DNA from: an uncultured Clostridia bacterium
Lineage (GTDB): Bacteria; Bacillota; Clostridia; Christensenellales; Aristaeellaceae
Direction: 5' to 3'
Length of the DNA: 64,000 nt
Assembly: GCA_947565865.1 (NCBI GenBank)
Contig: CANOHT010000009.1
Span: 10,142 to 74,141, forward strand
Position 1 is the first letter of the stretch. The number at the start of each line of letters is the position of its first letter. The translations under genes were made by a program, and so were the position numbers. Shown piece by piece: positions 61,242 to 64,000 of the stretch. The notes beneath the pieces are model-generated. The model worked only from the letters and a program-made list of their open reading frames with translations. It ran no database searches and was not told the DNA's origin.

Positions 61242-62441
61242 ATGAAAGTTTTGATTGTCAACGCCGGTTCTTCTTCCCTGAAGTACCAGCTGGTGGATAT
61301 GGATGACGAGAGCGTCATCGCCAAGGGCCAGGTGGAGCGCATCAACATTGAGGGCTCCCACCTGAACCAGAAGACCCCCGACGGCAGGATCACCGACATC
61401 TACCAGGAAATCCCCGACCATGTCTGCGCTACCAAGCTGATGCTTGCCGCCCTGCAGGATCCGGAGAAGGGCGTCATCAAGTCCATGGATGAAATCGGCG
61501 CGGTGGGCCATCGTGTGCTGCACGGGGGCGAGGAGTTCACCCAGAGCTGCGTTATCACCGATGAGGTTAAGGCCTGCATCCGCAAGTACATCCCTCTGGG
61601 CCCGCTGCATAATCCCGCCAACCTCATGGGCATCGAGGCCTGCGAGGAGGTCATGCCCCATACGCCCCAGGTTGCCGTCTTCGATACCGCCTTCCATCAG
61701 ACCATGCCGCCCAAGGCCTTCATGTACGGCGTGCCCTATGAGTATTACAAGGATTATGGCGTGCGTCGCTACGGCTTCCACGGCACCTCTCACCGCTACG
61801 TCAGCAAGCGGGTGTGCGAGTTCCTGGGTGTGAACCCCATCGGCAAGCGCATCATCATCGCGCATCTGGGCAACGGCTCCAGCCTGTCCGCCGTGGTGGA
61901 CGGCAAGTGCGTGGACACCTCCATGGGCATCACGCCCCTGGAAGGCGTGCTGATGGGCACCCGCTCCGGCTCCTGCGATCCCGCGGTGGTGCAGTTCATC
62001 GCCAATAACGCCCAAATGGACGTTAACGAAGTTCTGAATATGATGAACAAGAAGTCCGGCCTGATGGGCATTTCCGGCTTGTCCTCCGATATGCGCGATA
62101 TCGACAAGGCGGCCGACGAGGGCCATGAGCGCGCGGCCCTGGCCCGGGATATGCTGCATTACGGCATCAAGAAGTATATCGGCGCCTACGCGGCGGCCAT
62201 GGGCGGCGTGGACATCATTGTGTTCACCGCCGGCATTGGCGAGAACGGTCCCGAGCTGCGGGAGGCCGTGATGAAGGACATGGAGTTCCTGGGCGCGAAG
62301 ATCGACGTGGAAAAGAACAACTTCAAGGGCAAGGAGGCCGTCATCTCTACTCCCGACAGCAAGGTGACGGTGTGCGTGATTCCCACCAACGAGGAGATCA
62401 TGATCGCCCGGGATACCGTGGAGCTGGTCAGCGAAAAATAA
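61242..62441 (+). CDS. ackA: Acetate kinase
   Basis: The blocks MKVLIVNAGSSSLKYQL, GHRVLHGGE, FDTAFHQTMP, YGFHGTSH and AHLGNGSS are the canonical AckA motifs. Confidence 0.95.
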   Translation: MKVLIVNAGSSSLKYQLVDMDDESVIAKGQVERINIEGSHLNQKTPDGRITDIYQEIPDHVCATKLMLAALQDPEKGVIKSMDEIGAVGHRVLHGGEEFTQSCVITDEVKACIRKYIPLGPLHNPANLMGIEACEEVMPHTPQVAVFDTAFHQTMPPKAFMYGVPYEYYKDYGVRRYGFHGTSHRYVSKRVCEFLGVNPIGKRIIIAHLGNGSSLSAVVDGKCVDTSMGITPLEGVLMGTRSGSCDPAVVQFIANNAQMDVNEVLNMMNKKSGLMGISGLSSDMRDIDKAADEGHERAALARDMLHYGIKKYIGAYAAAMGGVDIIVFTAGIGENGPELREAVMKDMEFLGAKIDVEKNNFKGKEAVISTPDSKVTVCVIPTNEEIMIARDTVELVSEK

Positions 62442-62506
62442 ACGCGTGTAAGCGGGCGCACGGTCGGGATTCCGACGTTTTCCCGGCAAAAACGGGAAAA
62501 TACCTG

Positions 62507-62535
62507 TTGACAAAAGGCGGGAAAAATCCTATAAT
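62507..62535 (+). promoter_or_regulatory. Consensus sigma-A promoter for yceD-rpmF
   Basis: TTGACA (62507-62512), a 17-nt spacer, then TATAAT (62530-62535). Confidence 0.65.
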
Positions 62536-62563
62536 AGCAGACGGTCACATTTGAGGTGAGGGC

Positions 62564-63073
62564 ATGAAGCTGAACGTAACCCAGGCGCTGAAGAATCCTG
62601 GACAGGAATATCCGTTTGAGGGGGAGCAGACCATGGCTTCCCAGATCGTAAGCGGCGAAGAGATCACCTTTGATCCCGTAGCCCTGCGTGGGGTTTATTC
62701 CGCGACGGAGGACGGCAGCGTGACGGTGGAGGGCAGTCTGTCCACGGTCGCTCACGGTCAATGTGCCAACTGCCTGGAGCCTGCCAGCGTGTCCATTGAG
62801 GCGGATTATCGTGAGACCTTCCAGCGCAATGGCGATCCGGAGGACGACGAGATCTTTGCCTATGAGGGCTATACCCTTGACTTTGGCAAGCTGGCCTTAT
62901 CCTATACGCTGCTCAGCCTTCCCATGCGCATGCTGTGCCGGGAGGACTGCGCCTTGCTGAAGGATGACTCCGGCGATGATGTTTGCTTATGCCAGAAGGA
63001 AGCGCCAACGCAGCGTCCTTTTGCGGCATTGCAGCAGCTGTTGACTGAAAAGTCCAACACCAATGAACAATGA
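62564..63073 (+). CDS. yceD: DUF177 (YceD) family protein
   Basis: 169 aa with the CxxC pair (CANCLEP...CREDC). The gene is in the conserved position immediately upstream of rpmF. Confidence 0.85.
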   Translation: MKLNVTQALKNPGQEYPFEGEQTMASQIVSGEEITFDPVALRGVYSATEDGSVTVEGSLSTVAHGQCANCLEPASVSIEADYRETFQRNGDPEDDEIFAYEGYTLDFGKLALSYTLLSLPMRMLCREDCALLKDDSGDDVCLCQKEAPTQRPFAALQQLLTEKSNTNEQ

Positions 63074-63116
63074 GGTCAGCAAACGCTGCCCTAAAGCATA
63101 AGGAGGTGTGGAAACC

Positions 63117-63308
63117 ATGGCAGTTCCGAAGGGTAAAATTTCCAAGGCTCGTAAGCACAGCCGCCAGGCGAACTGGAAGCTGTCTCTGCCCGGCATCGTC
63201 GAGTGCCCCCAGTGCCATCAGATGAAGCTGGCGCATCGCGTGTGCAAGCACTGCGGTTACTACAAGGGTGTTCAGGTCGTCAAGCACGACGAGGAAAAGA
63301 ACGCCTGA
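63117..63308 (+). CDS. rpmF: 50S ribosomal protein L32 (Zn-ribbon form)
   Basis: I set the start at ATG 63117, after AAGGAGG. The sequence is MAVPKGKISKARKHSRQANWK...CPQCHQMKLAHRVCKHCGYY. Confidence 0.95.
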   Translation: MAVPKGKISKARKHSRQANWKLSLPGIVECPQCHQMKLAHRVCKHCGYYKGVQVVKHDEEKNA

Positions 63309-63344
63309 TAAGCGCGGCGTTATGCCGTGGCTTCCAACGGAATA

Positions 63345-63612
63345 TTCTCGCTGATGGGAGAGGAGTACCTTTCCTGCGCGGGCAGAGAGAGCGGTTCATC
63401 GGCTGAAAGACCGCTTCCGACAGCAGGGAGGGGAAGGTCGCTTCATAGAGCGCGGGTGAACGCGGACGCTGGCTTTGCCGCGCCTCCGCCTGAGCCTGGT
63501 GCGGCAGCACGCCGTTATCGTGCGCTTGAGGCAGCCTTTTTCGGGTTGTGAAGCAAGGTGGTACCACGGAAACAGCAGTTCCGTCCTTCGGGATGGGACT
63601 GCTTTTCTTTTA
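63345..63612 (+). promoter_or_regulatory. T-box leader (probable Val specifier GUC) with a terminator
   Basis: Stem I has the GA/K-turn (TGATG...GAGTA), the AGAGA motif (63384-90) and a GGCTGAAAG distal motif. The specifier-loop 3' side is GAAG-GTC-G (GTC at 63437-39). The T-box sequence is AAGGTGGTACCACGG (63555-69). The terminator is GCAGTTCCGTCC-ttcg-GGATGGGACTGC plus TTTTCTTTT (63575-63612). Confidence 0.85.
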
Positions 63613-63646
63613 TTAAGCAAAGCGTGATGTCAGGGAGGTGACCCGT

Positions 63647-63850
63647 ATGGCTTATGGCGAGAAGGTTTTGTCAAGGCTGTTGAGTGTCGGCATGCTGGTG
63701 ATGGCCGTGGGCGCGGCGCTGGTTTATCTGTCCGGTCGGCTGGCCCGGCGTGTGGCGCCGGAAAAGCAGGATGCGGCGAACATCGTCATCAAGGCCGTGG
63801 GCTGCGTGGTGGCTCTGATTGGCGCGCTGATGGTGATGGGCTTTATTTAA
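63647..63850 (+). CDS. Small hypothetical membrane protein (67 aa, two TM helices)
   Basis: GGGAGG lies 8 nt before ATG 63647. The sequence is MAYGEKVLSRLLSVGMLVMAVGAALVYLSG...IVIKAVGCVVALIGALMVMGFI. The gene lies between the T-box terminator and valS. Confidence 0.6.
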   Translation: MAYGEKVLSRLLSVGMLVMAVGAALVYLSGRLARRVAPEKQDAANIVIKAVGCVVALIGALMVMGFI

Positions 63851-63878
63851 TCGAGGCATAGCACAAGGAGGATTTTCC

Positions 63879-64000
63879 ATGGAACAGAAGCTCTCCGTTC
63901 AGGAAATGGAAACCAAGTTTAATCCCCAGGCTATTGAGGGGGAGATTTACGGGGATTGGGAGGCGTCCGGCGCCTTTACGGCCCATCGTGTGGAGGGCAG
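63879..64000 (+). CDS. valS: Valine--tRNA ligase, 5' fragment (continues beyond the window)
   Basis: AAGGAGG lies 7 nt before ATG 63879. The N-terminus ...KFNPQAIEGEIYGDWEASGAFTA parallels the E. coli ValS start ([20 protein letters not shown], quoted from memory). Confidence 0.8.
   Translation, partial: MEQKLSVQEMETKFNPQAIEGEIYGDWEASGAFTAHRVEG

Noticed and set aside
62478-62500. The hairpin TTTTCCCG-gcaaaaa-CGGGAAAA after ackA, considered as the ackA terminator.
   Set aside because: On the plus strand the T-run precedes the stem rather than following it, so it is oriented as a minus-strand terminator, yet no minus-strand gene is there. A weaker hairpin, GTCGG-gatt-CCGAC plus GTTTT (62463-62481), may terminate ackA, but it is too weak to call.
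63436-63438. An alternative T-box specifier reading, GGU (Gly), in the string GAAGGUCG.
   Set aside because: In my hand fold, the codon must be followed by one purine that abuts the lower helix, which starts at C63441. That register gives GUC followed by G. GUC (Val) also matches the downstream valS. Infernal alignment should confirm this.
1-64000. I searched by eye for CRISPR arrays, IS elements or transposases, integrases, phage genes, restriction-modification, toxin-antitoxin pairs and known defence-system domains.
   Set aside because: I saw no regularly spaced direct repeats with unique spacers. No ORF has transposase, integrase, nuclease-NTPase or defence motifs that I can recognise. 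Every large ORF is accounted for by metabolic, housekeeping or cell-envelope functions, or by a handful of isolated hypothetical proteins.

Overview
This is a high-G+C Firmicutes/Clostridia-type chromosomal segment. Hand counts of 60-nt lines give about 65% G+C in typical genes. The gene content (sigH cluster, SpoIID-domain protein, T-box, FMN riboswitch, PduL-AckA, bile-salt hydrolase, pectin catabolism) suggests a gut Oscillospiraceae-like anaerobe, but that taxonomic guess is inference only. I call about 57 protein genes, one tRNA-Lys(CTT), one FMN riboswitch and one T-box leader, plus several near-consensus sigma-A promoters and intrinsic terminators. Layout: 1-15.3 kb is a pectin/rhamnogalacturonan plus hexuronate (UxaA/B/C) utilisation locus with a LacI-type regulator. 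15.5-18 kb is a methyltransferase-GNAT-bile salt hydrolase operon, facing a secreted C69 dipeptidase. 21.3-22.5 kb is a lower-G+C insert carrying one SDR gene. The rest is mostly housekeeping: lysS, greA, ansA, pgm, PBP1A, galK, ribU, tsaEB-rimI, mrnC-thyX-rlmB-yacP-sigH, aroF, tmcAL, pduL-ackA, yceD-rpmF and the valS start. These are interspersed with a few unassignable secreted or membrane proteins. I found no CRISPR array, IS/transposase, integrase, prophage, or recognisable defence or toxin-antitoxin system, and I cannot point to a convincing novel multi-gene system. The most unusual signals are regulatory or architectural: (1) a classical ribosome-mediated leader-peptide attenuator (MTSQRFAYYAYALLR) in front of DAHP synthase; (2) a Val T-box that controls a tiny 2-TM protein ahead of valS; (3) an ankyrin-repeat::GH43 fusion inside the pectin locus; (4) a double Myb/SANT-like protein; (5) a SpoIID protein carrying 11 SH3b modules. 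All function calls rest on my own motif recognition, because no searches could be run.
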